The notes beneath the pieces are model-generated. The model did no database searches and had not been told where the DNA came from. It saw only the letters and a list, made by a program, of their open reading frames with translations. Below, piece by piece: positions 9,361 to 19,003 of a stretch of 64,000 nt of DNA. This DNA is from an uncultured Candidatus Saccharibacteria bacterium (GTDB taxonomy: Bacteria; Patescibacteriota; Minisyncoccia; Phycocordibacterales; JAACPR01). Every line of letters starts with the position of its first letter. The first letter of the stretch is position 1. A program made the translations under genes and the position numbers. The DNA lies in NCBI GenBank assembly GCA_964618845.1, contig CAZUCU010000001.1, forward strand, positions 468 to 64,467, in the 5' to 3' direction.

Positions 9361-10716
9361 ATGAGAAAAAAAATTATGCAAGATGTAATACCACCAAATC
9401 AAAAAAGATCTATAAGAGATATTCCTTTGCCAAGAAGTAGAAGGGGAAATTCTGATATAAAAATAAACAATGAGGAAGAATTTTTTCAAGAAAAATCATT
9501 TGGAAAAATAGATACAAAAAATATACCCCCAGACACAGATTATGAAGAGAACTCCTATTATGACGAAGAGAAACCTAAAAAATATTTCAAGAAAATTTTG
9601 TTTCTGTTTTTTTCTTTTTTTGTAATTTTTTCTCTATTGTTTTTTTTAAGGACAAAAGCCGAAGTCACAATTATACCAAAAAAAGAAACATCCAATATCT
9701 CTGGTATATATGAAATCAAAGAAAAAAATCAAAATACAGATTCCAATACTCTTGTATACGATAAGATTTTTGAAATTGAAAAGCAATCCTCAATAACTGC
9801 TGAATCCTCGGGAGAAGAAGAAGTAAAACAAAAAGCTTCTGGAATTATAAAAATATATAACGAATACTCCAAAGAAAAACAAAATTTAGTAAAAAACACT
9901 AGATTTGAGGCCAAAAATGGACTTATATTTAGAGTAGCAAATTCTGTTGAAATACCAGGATATAAAGAAGAAAATGGAAAAATTATTCCAGGCGAAGTAG
10001 AAGCAGAGATATTTGCTGATGAAGAAGGAGAAAAATATAATCTTTCAAAAACAAAATTCACTATTCCAGGATTCCAAAAATATCCAGATCGATATCAAAA
10101 GATTTATGCAGAATCTACAACAGATATTACTGGAGGATTTATTGGTAAAAAATACATAGTTTCTGAAGAAGATAAAAATTCTGCATTAGAAAAGCTGAAA
10201 CAAGATATTAAGGAACAGATGATTAAAGAAGTTAAAAATTATGATGGCAATTTCTTTATTATTTTTGATGAAAGTAAAATTAATTATTCAAACCTTGTAG
10301 AAGAAAACAGTGAAAATAAAGTAAACCTGAAAATAAGTGCTAATGTGGATGCTTATGCTTTTAATCTGAAAGATTTTTCTAAGTTTTTTGTAAAAAATCT
10401 AATCGTTGGTTCACCAGAGGGGGAAGTTATTATTACGAATCTCGACGAAATAAAATTTTCTTTGATTACAATAAAACCAGAAGATGAAAATCTTACAAAT
10501 AAACTAAGTTTGTCTGTTGAGGGCAATATGAATTTTGAGTGGGTAATTGATACTGAAGTATTAGCCCAAGAATTATCAGGGAAAAATAGAACTGAATTAC
10601 GGTCTATTTTGGAAAATAAAATTGCAATTTCTAAAGCTGAATTTGAACTGTCTCCTATGTGGAGCAAAAAATTTCCAAGAAATCCATCAAAAATAAAATT
10701 TACAATTAATAAATAA
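9361..10716 (+). CDS. Single-TM protein with baseplate-J-like extracellular domain (CPR-type)
   Basis: MQDVIPP start, TM, KASGIIKIYN, NTRF, ADEEGEKYN, TGGF, PRNPSKI; ATG at 9361 preferred over TTG at 9355. Confidence 0.65.
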   Translation: MRKKIMQDVIPPNQKRSIRDIPLPRSRRGNSDIKINNEEEFFQEKSFGKIDTKNIPPDTDYEENSYYDEEKPKKYFKKILFLFFSFFVIFSLLFFLRTKAEVTIIPKKETSNISGIYEIKEKNQNTDSNTLVYDKIFEIEKQSSITAESSGEEEVKQKASGIIKIYNEYSKEKQNLVKNTRFEAKNGLIFRVANSVEIPGYKEENGKIIPGEVEAEIFADEEGEKYNLSKTKFTIPGFQKYPDRYQKIYAESTTDITGGFIGKKYIVSEEDKNSALEKLKQDIKEQMIKEVKNYDGNFFIIFDESKINYSNLVEENSENKVNLKISANVDAYAFNLKDFSKFFVKNLIVGSPEGEVIITNLDEIKFSLITIKPEDENLTNKLSLSVEGNMNFEWVIDTEVLAQELSGKNRTELRSILENKIAISKAEFELSPMWSKKFPRNPSKIKFTINK

Positions 10717-10753
10717 ATTGACTGTATTAAAATAATTATATATAAATTATTCA

Positions 10754-10966
10754 ATGAGTAAGGAGACAACATCAAAAAATGGTATAGTAATAGAGTCTTT
10801 ACCTAATACAATGTTTCGTGTTCAAATTGAAAATAGAGATGAACCAGTGTTAGCATATTTGTCTGGTAAAATGAGAATACACAAAATCCGCATTTTAATA
10901 GGAGATAGAGTAGAAATGATAATGGATCCCTATGATGGTAAAGCACGAATCATAAAAAGACTTTAA
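10754..10966 (+). CDS. infA: Translation initiation factor IF-1
   Basis: ESLPNTMFRV, YLSGKMR, IRILIGDRV. Confidence 0.97.
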   Translation: MSKETTSKNGIVIESLPNTMFRVQIENRDEPVLAYLSGKMRIHKIRILIGDRVEMIMDPYDGKARIIKRL

Positions 10967-11013
10967 AAAAACTTTACAAATGAATAATACTCTGCTAAAC
11001 TACGCATTCATAA

Positions 11014-11394
11014 ATGAGAATACAAGGTATTACAATTCCAGACAATAAAAGACTTGAGTTTGCTCTATCTGTGATTTTTGGTATTGGTAGGCAAAAATCC
11101 AAATCAATTCTCAAAAATCTTGGAGTTGACCATATGAAAAAAACAAAAGAATTATCAAGTGAAGAAGAAAATAAAATAAGAGAATCAATTGAAAAAATAA
11201 AGATTGAGGGTAATCTAAAACGAGAAATTTCTGGAAACATAAAAAGAATGAAAGATATTCATGCATATAGGGGAATAAGACACTCCAAAAGGCTTCCAGC
11301 AAGAGGACAGAGATCAAAAACAAACTCAAGAACCGTGCGAGGTAATGTTAGAAAGACCATGAGCTCTGGAAGAAAAACAGTTGATAAAAAATAA
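11014..11394 (+). CDS. rpsM: 30S ribosomal protein S13
   Basis: IFGIG, YRGIRH, LPARGQRSKTNSRT. Confidence 0.97.
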   Translation: MRIQGITIPDNKRLEFALSVIFGIGRQKSKSILKNLGVDHMKKTKELSSEEENKIRESIEKIKIEGNLKREISGNIKRMKDIHAYRGIRHSKRLPARGQRSKTNSRTVRGNVRKTMSSGRKTVDKK

Positions 11395-11402
11395 AATATT
11401 TT

Positions 11403-11831
11403 ATGGGGAAAAAAAGAATTGTAACAAAAGGACAGAAACAAGAAACAGTAAATAGAGGAACGCAAATTAAACTACCAAGAAAAAAACTTGATCGAGGAAT
11501 TTTATATGTTCAATCTACTTTTAATAATACAAAATTATTACTTACAGATTTGAAAGGTAATGCAATAATTTCATCGTCAGCCGGATCACTGGGTTTTAGA
11601 GGTGCCAAAAAGGGTACTCCTTTTGCCGCTGCAAAAGCGGCTGAAGAATTGAGTGAAAAGGCAGAAAAACTTGGGTTAAAAGACATAGATGTTGTAGTTA
11701 GAGGTGTTGGAGCAGGAAGAGAATCTTCTATCAGAGGGTTTATTTCTCGAGGTATAAACATTAGATCTATAAAAGATACAACCCCTGTGCCACATAATGG
11801 TCCCAAACCACCCAAACCAAGAAGAGTTTAA
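11403..11831 (+). CDS. rpsK: 30S ribosomal protein S11
   Basis: STFNNT, KGTPFAA, DTTPVPHNG. Confidence 0.97.
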   Translation: MGKKRIVTKGQKQETVNRGTQIKLPRKKLDRGILYVQSTFNNTKLLLTDLKGNAIISSSAGSLGFRGAKKGTPFAAAKAAEELSEKAEKLGLKDIDVVVRGVGAGRESSIRGFISRGINIRSIKDTTPVPHNGPKPPKPRRV

Positions 11832-11852
11832 AAGAATAAAATTAAAAGTATC

Positions 11853-12458
11853 ATGAAAATAGGTCCAAAATACAAAATAGCAAGACGATTAGGAAGTTCT
11901 GTTTTTGAAAAAACACAGAACCCTAAATATATTTTAAATGAACAAAAAAAGTCAAAACTTAAAAAATCAAGACCGAAGTCTATTTTTGGTAAACAATTAA
12001 TAGAAAAACAAAAAGTAAGATTTACTTACTTACTTTCTGAAAAACAATTTTCAAAATATGTTAAGGAAATAATAAACAAAAAATCAGGAACACAAGCCGA
12101 AGATTTATATAAAAAATTGGAAAAAAGATTAGATAATGTGGTTCTTAGGTCTGGTTTTTTAAAAACAAGACCTCTTGCTAAACAAGCCGTCTCCCACGGT
12201 CATTTTCTGATAAATAATAAAAGAGTATATGTTCCATCAATAGAAACAAAAAAAGGAGATAAAATTACTATCAGAGAAGGAAGTTTAAATAAGGGCATTT
12301 TTATTGATTTAGAAAATACAGTAAAAAATAATCAAACTCCTGCTTGGTTAAAAATAAATTTTAATGAAAAATCAATACAAATAGTTGATGAACCAACCTA
12401 TTTTAAAACAAATTTGGACTTTGATCTACAAAAAGTCTTAGAGTATTACAAAAGGTAA
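11853..12458 (+). CDS. rpsD: 30S ribosomal protein S4
   Basis: GPKYKIARRLG, EKQKVRFTY, LEKRLDNVV, QAVSHGH. Confidence 0.97.
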   Translation: MKIGPKYKIARRLGSSVFEKTQNPKYILNEQKKSKLKKSRPKSIFGKQLIEKQKVRFTYLLSEKQFSKYVKEIINKKSGTQAEDLYKKLEKRLDNVVLRSGFLKTRPLAKQAVSHGHFLINNKRVYVPSIETKKGDKITIREGSLNKGIFIDLENTVKNNQTPAWLKINFNEKSIQIVDEPTYFKTNLDFDLQKVLEYYKR

Positions 12459-12544
12459 AACTTGAAATTTTTCGACTTTTGATGTATATTTTAATAACAA
12501 AAAAAATCGAATTTATAAATTAAAAATTAACTAAAGTCAAATTT

Positions 12545-13489
12545 ATGTCAGAACAAAAAATTGCTATCCCATCCAAACCGAGAGTAGTTGAAGAAAGTGA
12601 TTCAAAGGGAATTTACGAAATTGATGGTCTATACCCAGGGTATGGTCATACTCTTGGTAACTCGCTTCGAAGAATTATTTTGTCATCATTGCCAGGATCA
12701 GCAATAACAGAAATTAAAATTGATGGAGTAGACCATGAATTTTCTACAATCGAAGGAGTAAAGGAGGATGTCTTATTAATAATTCTTAATATTAAAAAAA
12801 TAAGAATAAGAAACGAATCAGAAGAACCACAAATGATGACCCTAAAAGTTAAAGGACCCAAAAAAGTTACTGTCGCGGATATAGATGCCCCTTCTCAAAT
12901 TCGAATCATAAACAAAGATCAAGAATTATTTGAAATTACAAGTAAAAAAGAAATTGAAATTGAATTTAAAATAGAAAATGGAATTGGTTTTATACCAAGA
13001 GAAATCTTACACAAAGAAAAAATGGAAGTGGGAACTATTGCTCTTGATGCAATTTTTACACCTATTCGAAGAGTGCATTATGAAAAACAAAATATGCGTG
13101 TGGGTGATCGAACAGATTATAACAGATTAAAAATAACTATAGAAACAGACGGTACTATTACAGCAAGAGAAGCTTTAGAAAAATCTATTGAAACAATGAT
13201 TATTCAACTTAAGGCCATTATTGGTTTTAAAGAAGAATCTATAGACCAAGAAACAGAACCAGAGATTGAAAACCAAGAAGAGGTAGAAGATTTTTTGAAA
13301 ACTAGAATAGAAGATCTAAAACTTTCTGTTAGAACAACAAATGCTCTATCCAATGCAAATATTAGAACAGTGGGAGGTTTAGCAAGAAAAAAGGAATCTG
13401 ATATTTTGGAAATAGAAGGATTGGGTCAAAAAGGATTAGATGAAATAAAAGATCTTTTGGCAATACATAATATTTCATTAAAAGATTAG
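12545..13489 (+). CDS. rpoA: RNA polymerase alpha subunit
   Basis: GYGHTLGNSLRRIILSS, HEFSTIEGVKED, alpha-CTD LSVRTTNAL. Confidence 0.98.
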   Translation: MSEQKIAIPSKPRVVEESDSKGIYEIDGLYPGYGHTLGNSLRRIILSSLPGSAITEIKIDGVDHEFSTIEGVKEDVLLIILNIKKIRIRNESEEPQMMTLKVKGPKKVTVADIDAPSQIRIINKDQELFEITSKKEIEIEFKIENGIGFIPREILHKEKMEVGTIALDAIFTPIRRVHYEKQNMRVGDRTDYNRLKITIETDGTITAREALEKSIETMIIQLKAIIGFKEESIDQETEPEIENQEEVEDFLKTRIEDLKLSVRTTNALSNANIRTVGGLARKKESDILEIEGLGQKGLDEIKDLLAIHNISLKD

Positions 13490-13527
13490 CTTTACTTTTG
13501 AATTGAAATATATTAATCTTTTAACCC

Positions 13528-13875
13528 ATGCAACACGGAAAGTCCAAAAAAACATTAGGAAGAACAAGAAGACAATACAAAGCACTTGTTAAATCTTTGG
13601 TTATTTCTTTGACAAAAAATGGATCTATAAAAACTACAGAAGCAAAAGCAAAGGAAATAAGGCCATTTGTAGAGAAACAAATAACTTTACTTAAAAAAGA
13701 AAATTTAAATTCTCTAAAATTAGTTTCGTCAAGACTGAATGTCATTACAGCCAAAAAACTTTTGGAAATTGCCAAATCTTTTAAAGATAAAAAAGGTGGA
13801 TATTCAAGGATTATCAAATTAGAACCACGAAAAGGGGATTCGGCAAAAATGGCCATTATTGAATTTGTAAAATAA
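13528..13875 (+). CDS. rplQ: 50S ribosomal protein L17
   Basis: [22 protein letters not shown]. Confidence 0.97.
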   Translation: MQHGKSKKTLGRTRRQYKALVKSLVISLTKNGSIKTTEAKAKEIRPFVEKQITLLKKENLNSLKLVSSRLNVITAKKLLEIAKSFKDKKGGYSRIIKLEPRKGDSAKMAIIEFVK

Positions 13876-13879
13876 AAAA

Positions 13880-14221
13880 ATGAAAGAAATAGATGCAACA
13901 AACAAAAAGTTAGGTAGAGTCGCTCAGGAAGTGGCAATGGTTTTGATGGGTAAAGACAGGCCAGATTATGAACCAAATAAAATTAACACGAATGGAATAA
14001 AAATCATAAATGCATCTAAGGTTATTATCGATGAAAAAAAGAAAGAACAAAAATTTTATAAAAGATTTACGGGCTATCCAGGTGGTTTAAAAAAGAGATC
14101 AATGAAAGAACAGATTAATAAAAAGGATATAAAGGAAATTTTTAAAAAAGCTATTTATGGAATGTTACCAAATAATAAATTAAGAAAAGAAAGAATGAAA
14201 AAATTAATAATTACAGAATAG
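13880..14221 (+). CDS. rplM: 50S ribosomal protein L13 (short)
   Basis: IDAT..LGRVA, TGYPGGLK, AIYGMLP. Confidence 0.96.
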   Translation: MKEIDATNKKLGRVAQEVAMVLMGKDRPDYEPNKINTNGIKIINASKVIIDEKKKEQKFYKRFTGYPGGLKKRSMKEQINKKDIKEIFKKAIYGMLPNNKLRKERMKKLIITE

Positions 14222-14222
14222 T

Positions 14223-14633
14223 ATGAAAATAGCCAAAAAGAAAGAAAAATATGTTGAAGGTATTGGAAGAAGAAAAGAATCAGTGGCCAGAGTCAGGCTT
14301 TTTGAATCAAAAGAAAACTCTGTTTTAATTAATGAAAAAGCTGTAGAGGTTTTTTTTAAAACCGAAATCCAAAAAAAGATTGCTCTTCAGTCCCTAATCA
14401 ATATATCAACAGAAAAAAAATATAAAGTTATCGCTATAGTTAAAGGTGGAGGTATGTCATCTCAAGCGGAATCAATTAGACTTGGAATTGCAAGAGCTTT
14501 GGTTAAAATAGATGATAGTTTAAGAAAAGAATTAAAGAAAAAGTCTTTTCTTAAAAGAGACCCGAGAGCAAAAGAGAGGAGAAAGTTTGGTTTGAAAAAG
14601 GCTCGAAAAGCCCCACAATGGAGTAAGAGATAA
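14223..14633 (+). CDS. rpsI: 30S ribosomal protein S9
   Basis: GRRKES, GGGMSSQA, KARKAPQWSKR. Confidence 0.97.
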   Translation: MKIAKKKEKYVEGIGRRKESVARVRLFESKENSVLINEKAVEVFFKTEIQKKIALQSLINISTEKKYKVIAIVKGGGMSSQAESIRLGIARALVKIDDSLRKELKKKSFLKRDPRAKERRKFGLKKARKAPQWSKR

Positions 14634-14639
14634 TTCGAA

Positions 14640-14733
14640 AATTCATATTACCAAAATATCTTTTCGAAATTGTTTAGCCCAGTTTGAGATATTGTGATAG
14701 TATGTTTTCAAAGATATTTTGGTAATATGAATT
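14640..14733. repeat. Long inverted repeat with perfect 24-bp arms and 46-nt spacer
   Basis: aattcatattaccaaaatatcttt (14640-14663) / aaagatattttggtaatatgaatt (14710-14733). Confidence 0.9.
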
Positions 14734-14748
14734 ATCCTTATTTAAAAT

Positions 14749-15306
14749 ATGAAAAACAAAAAAGTAGAACAAGATGATATTGTTTTTGAATCTGATGATG
14801 AATCAGTGGAAATTGATTTTGTCCAAAAAATAAAAAAAATAAAAGAAGATTTAAAAAAATGTCAGGAAGAAAAAGCAGAGTATCTTGATGGTTGGCAAAG
14901 GGCAAAAGCAGATTTTATAAATTATAAAAAGACTCAAGAAGAAAATTTACATAATCACAGAAAATATGCCAACGAAGATTTGACTGTATCCATATTTCCA
15001 GTTTTGGATGCATTTGAAATGTCTCTTAAGGATCATGGTGAGGGGGAGGAAATTAAAAGGTGGAAAACTGGTTTTGAACATGTTTATAAACAATTAAAAA
15101 AAATTTTAGAAAGTGTAGGAGTTGAACAATTAAACCCAGAGGGAGAAACTTTTGATCCAAACCTACATGAATCTATAGAAATGATTGAGACAGACAAAAA
15201 AGACAAAGACCATAAAATTGCAAAAGTAGTAATGCGAGGTTATAAACTCGGTGATAAAATACTACGCGCTCCGCAGGTAAAAGTTTGGGTCTGTAAGACA
15301 GAGTAA
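14749..15306 (+). CDS. grpE: Nucleotide exchange factor GrpE
   Basis: RAKADFINYKK, FDPNLHE, RGYKLGDKILRAPQV. Confidence 0.96.
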   Translation: MKNKKVEQDDIVFESDDESVEIDFVQKIKKIKEDLKKCQEEKAEYLDGWQRAKADFINYKKTQEENLHNHRKYANEDLTVSIFPVLDAFEMSLKDHGEGEEIKRWKTGFEHVYKQLKKILESVGVEQLNPEGETFDPNLHESIEMIETDKKDKDHKIAKVVMRGYKLGDKILRAPQVKVWVCKTE

Positions 15307-15356
15307 GTGTTTACAAAAACATTTTTTTGTCTTATAATACGCCCACTAATTAATAG

Positions 15357-15417
15357 CAAGGAGTAAGAAGTGAAAAGTGGGAAGAATTTGCTTCTCGCTT
15401 CTCGCTTCTCGCTTTTA
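15357..15417. repeat. Inverted heptamer array (TAAGAAG-like, then CTTCTCG x3)
   Basis: caaggag taagaag tgaaaag tgggaag ... cttctcg cttctcg cttctcg. Confidence 0.8.
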
Positions 15418-15430
15418 ACTTTAAATATAT

Positions 15431-17329
15431 ATGTCAAAAATTTTAGGTATTGATTTAGGAACAACAAATTGTGCAATGGCAATAATGATTGCTGGGAATC
15501 CAGAAATTATTGAAAATACTGAAGGAAACAGAACAACCCCTTCGGTTGTTGCCATATCAAAAAATAATGAGAGATTGGTTGGTCAAACCGCAAAAAGACA
15601 ATCAGTGACAAATCCCAAAAATACAATTTTCGGCATAAAGAGGTTTATTGGTCATTCTCATGACGATCAATCGATTTTAAAAGACAAGGAAACTGTTCCT
15701 TTTGAAATTTTAAAATCTAATAATGGTGGAGTTACAGTAAAAATGCAAAATAAAGAATATCGACCAGAGGAAATCTCTGCTATGATTTTACAAAAATTAA
15801 AACAAGATGCAGAAGCAAAAACAGGAGAAAAAATTACAGAAGCAATAATTACAGTTCCGGCATATTTTAATGATTCTCAAAGACAGGCCACAAAAGATGC
15901 GGGTAAAATTGCAGGACTTGAAGTTAAAAGAATTATTAATGAACCAACGGCAGCGGCTCTTGCATATGGTTTTAATAAAAAGAAAAATGAGCAAATTATT
16001 GTTTTTGATTTTGGTGGAGGAACTTTTGATGTTTCTGTTTTGGAAGTGGGAGACGATGTCATTGAAGTAAAATCAACAGATGGTGATTCTCATATGGGTG
16101 GAAAAGATATTGATCAAAAAATTATAAAATGGATTATTGATGAATTTAAAAAACAAACAGCAATAAACCTTTCTGGTGATCCGCTTGCAATGCAACGACT
16201 TTATGAAGAAGCAGAGAAAGCAAAGATTGAACTTTCAACGGCACAAGAAACCGAAATAAACATTCCTTTTATTGCGTCAGGACCAAATGGACCAGAGCAC
16301 TTGGTTTTAAAATTTTCACGAGCTAAACTTGAAGAATTATCAAATGAATTTATAGAGAGAGCAATTGAAATCACAAAAAGAGCAATGGAAGCTTCTCCAT
16401 TTAAAATTTCGGATATTGATGAAATAGTGTTGGTGGGAGGTCAAACAAGAATGCCAAAAATCCAAGAAGAAGTAAAAAAACTTTTTAATGGAAAAGAACC
16501 AAATAAATCAATTAATCCAGATGAAGTGGTAGCTCTTGGAGCAGCACTTCAGGGGGGGATTATGCAAGGAGATGTAAAAGATGTTTTACTTCTTGATGTT
16601 ATTCCACTTTCACTTGGTATTGAAACACTCGGAGGAGTTGCAACAAAATTAATTGATAGAAATACAACAATTCCTGCATCAAAATCTCAAATTTTTTCAA
16701 CCGCAGCAGACAATCAAACTCAAGTAGAGATCCATATTGTTCAAGGGGAACGAGCAATGGCATCTGACAATAAATCTCTTGGAAGATTTATTTTGGATGG
16801 AATTCCACCAGCACGAAGAGGCATGCCACAAGTAGAAGTTACTTTTGATATTGATGCAAACGGAATTTTGAAAGTTTCTGCCAAAGATAAGGCGACAAAC
16901 AAAGAACAATCGATTAGAATCGAAGCGAGATCAGGTCTTAGTGAAGCTGATATAAAGAAAATGCAAGACGAAGCCACAATACATGCCAGTGAAGACGAAA
17001 AGAAAAAAACACTTATTGAAAAGAAAAATTTGGCAGAGCAAATGGTCTATACTGCAGAAAAAACTTTAAAAGATGGTGAAGAAAAAATTAAATCAGAAAC
17101 AAAAACTGAAGTTGAAGAAAAAATTAAAAATTTGAAAGAAAAATTAAATTCTGAAAATGTTGATGAACTTCAAAAACTTACAGAAGAACTTTCTGCATCA
17201 CTTCAAAAAGCAGGCACAGAGATGTATTCTAACCAAGGTTCAGAGAATAATGCTCAGAGATCAGATAAAAATGACAATGTAAAGGAAGCGGAGGTTGAAC
17301 GCGAAGATAAAAACGACGAAAATAAATAA
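15431..17329 (+). CDS. dnaK: Chaperone DnaK
   Basis: [31 protein letters not shown]. Confidence 0.99.
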   Translation: MSKILGIDLGTTNCAMAIMIAGNPEIIENTEGNRTTPSVVAISKNNERLVGQTAKRQSVTNPKNTIFGIKRFIGHSHDDQSILKDKETVPFEILKSNNGGVTVKMQNKEYRPEEISAMILQKLKQDAEAKTGEKITEAIITVPAYFNDSQRQATKDAGKIAGLEVKRIINEPTAAALAYGFNKKKNEQIIVFDFGGGTFDVSVLEVGDDVIEVKSTDGDSHMGGKDIDQKIIKWIIDEFKKQTAINLSGDPLAMQRLYEEAEKAKIELSTAQETEINIPFIASGPNGPEHLVLKFSRAKLEELSNEFIERAIEITKRAMEASPFKISDIDEIVLVGGQTRMPKIQEEVKKLFNGKEPNKSINPDEVVALGAALQGGIMQGDVKDVLLLDVIPLSLGIETLGGVATKLIDRNTTIPASKSQIFSTAADNQTQVEIHIVQGERAMASDNKSLGRFILDGIPPARRGMPQVEVTFDIDANGILKVSAKDKATNKEQSIRIEARSGLSEADIKKMQDEATIHASEDEKKKTLIEKKNLAEQMVYTAEKTLKDGEEKIKSETKTEVEEKIKNLKEKLNSENVDELQKLTEELSASLQKAGTEMYSNQGSENNAQRSDKNDNVKEAEVEREDKNDENK

Positions 17330-17363
17330 TTCTATTAACTGATCATTGAAAACCGATTATTTC

Positions 17364-18221
17364 ATGTCAAAAGACTACTACAAAATTTTAGGTATAAACA
17401 AAAACGCTTCCAAAGAAGAGGTAAAAAAAGCTTTTCGCAAACTTGCTTTGGAACACCATCCAGATAAGGGGGGGAGTGAAGCAAAATTCAAAGAAATAAA
17501 TGAGGCATATTCTGTATTGTCAGATGATAAAAAACGTGCTCAATATGATCAATTTGGAACGGCTGATTTTAATGGTTTCAATGCTGGTCAGGGCTTTAGT
17601 GGATTTGATTTTTCTGGATTTGGACAAAATGGACAAGGATTTGAATTTGATTTGGGTGATATTTTCAACCAATTTTTTGGTGGAGGTTTTAGAAGACAGA
17701 GAAAAGGTTCAAACATCCAAGTTGATTTAGATCTTGATTTTAAAGAGTCAATTCTTGGAGTAAAAAAGAAAATTTCTTTTTATAAAAATAGATCTGATAA
17801 AAAAACAGAACTTGAAGTAAAAATTCCAGCAGGTGTTGATAATGGAGAAGTTTTAAAAATTAGAGGAGAAGGAGAACCAATAGAAGATGGCCAACCCGGA
17901 GATCTTTATGTTGCTATTCATGTAAAAACACACCCAAAAATACACAAAAGAGGTGTACATTTAGTTCAAGCCCTTGAAATTTCTATTTCCGAAGCAATTT
18001 TGGGAACCAAAAAAGAGATTGAAACTATAGATGGTAAATTAAAAATTAAAATACCACCAGGATCTAACACAGGCGATATTTTGAAAGTAAAAGGGGAAGG
18101 AGTAAAAATCTCTGAATATAAAAGAGGAGATATGTTAGTTGGAATAAAAGTCAATATTCCAGATAAGGTTTCAGGAAAAGTTAAAAAGATACTTGAAGAA
18201 TTAGATAAAGAAGGTTTATAA
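17364..18221 (+). CDS. dnaJ: DnaJ-family co-chaperone without zinc finger (class B)
   Basis: J domain HPD, G/F region, DIF motif, C-terminal domain; ATG at 17364 (MSKDYY). Confidence 0.9.
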   Translation: MSKDYYKILGINKNASKEEVKKAFRKLALEHHPDKGGSEAKFKEINEAYSVLSDDKKRAQYDQFGTADFNGFNAGQGFSGFDFSGFGQNGQGFEFDLGDIFNQFFGGGFRRQRKGSNIQVDLDLDFKESILGVKKKISFYKNRSDKKTELEVKIPAGVDNGEVLKIRGEGEPIEDGQPGDLYVAIHVKTHPKIHKRGVHLVQALEISISEAILGTKKEIETIDGKLKIKIPPGSNTGDILKVKGEGVKISEYKRGDMLVGIKVNIPDKVSGKVKKILEELDKEGL

Positions 18222-18228
18222 TATAATT

Positions 18229-18693
18229 ATGTCTATCGGTTTTTTAACTCTTGATATTATAATTATTTTAATCATTTTTATTGGGTCTTTTATTTATTCT
18301 TTTAATGCAGGAAAAAAAGAAGTTGTAAAATTAATTTTTCCAATTTATATAACTCTTTTGATATTTTCTAATTTAAAATTTTCTGCACTAAAAGATAATA
18401 CAACAATGATTTTAACATTTGTTGTTATTTATTTAATATTAATGTTTTTACTTCGTAAAAATTTTACAGCTCCATCAAATCATTCTGGTAGCAGAAAATT
18501 TTTTGATAGTCTGTTTATTAGTATTGCGGCAGTTTTTATGCTTTTGGTTATTTACTATAAAATATTACCAATAAGTGAATTTTATAATTTAAAACTTCCG
18601 TTTAGTGGATTCTTGATTCAAAAAATCCCTTCTTATATAAGTTTATTAGTTCCAATATTTGCAATATTTATAACCAATAGAAGAGACGACTAA
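18229..18693 (+). CDS. Hypothetical multi-pass membrane protein (CvpA-like size and hydropathy)
   Basis: 4-5 hydrophobic segments. Confidence 0.55.
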   Translation: MSIGFLTLDIIIILIIFIGSFIYSFNAGKKEVVKLIFPIYITLLIFSNLKFSALKDNTTMILTFVVIYLILMFLLRKNFTAPSNHSGSRKFFDSLFISIAAVFMLLVIYYKILPISEFYNLKLPFSGFLIQKIPSYISLLVPIFAIFITNRRDD

Positions 18694-18730
18694 CATTTAC
18701 AATAAAAAAGATTAGGTATATATTTAAAAA

Positions 18731-18956
18731 CGGTATGAAGATTAGATACCATCTGGTTAATGGCGTTCCTCAAAGGAAAAAAGAAGAAGAAATCGAAATC
18801 CGGGGAAAAACGGAAAAATACAAAAAACCTCGGAATCGCCGAGAACGCTTTCGCCACCACCCAAGTGGCAGATTTCTTCCGCATTTTTCCTTTGTTAGGT
18901 AGCCTCCAGTTTGTGCCCCACATCATGTCGTCATCAACATGATGTGGGGCCTTTTT
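18731..18956 (+). ncRNA. Putative structured small transcript (also contains a 55-aa ORF, 18735-18902)
   Basis: TTTACA-17-TATATT promoter, long 5'/3' pairing enclosing three hairpins, intrinsic terminator. Confidence 0.45.
18915..18956 (+). terminator. Intrinsic terminator
   Basis: gccccacatcatgt/acatgatgtggggc 14-bp stem followed by cttttt. Confidence 0.85.
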
Positions 18957-19003
18957 AAATAAAAGATATTTTTAAAATACTATTTTTTTGATATGATAAA
19001 CAT

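Noticed and set aside
18690-18942. ORF-track calls 18760-18942 and 18690-18926
   Set aside because: Both run into the terminator stem; the 18735 frame fits the promoter better
18700-19003. T-box or Trp attenuator for trpS
   Set aside because: No GGTGGNACCGCG motif, no Trp codons in the small ORF, and trpS has its own -10
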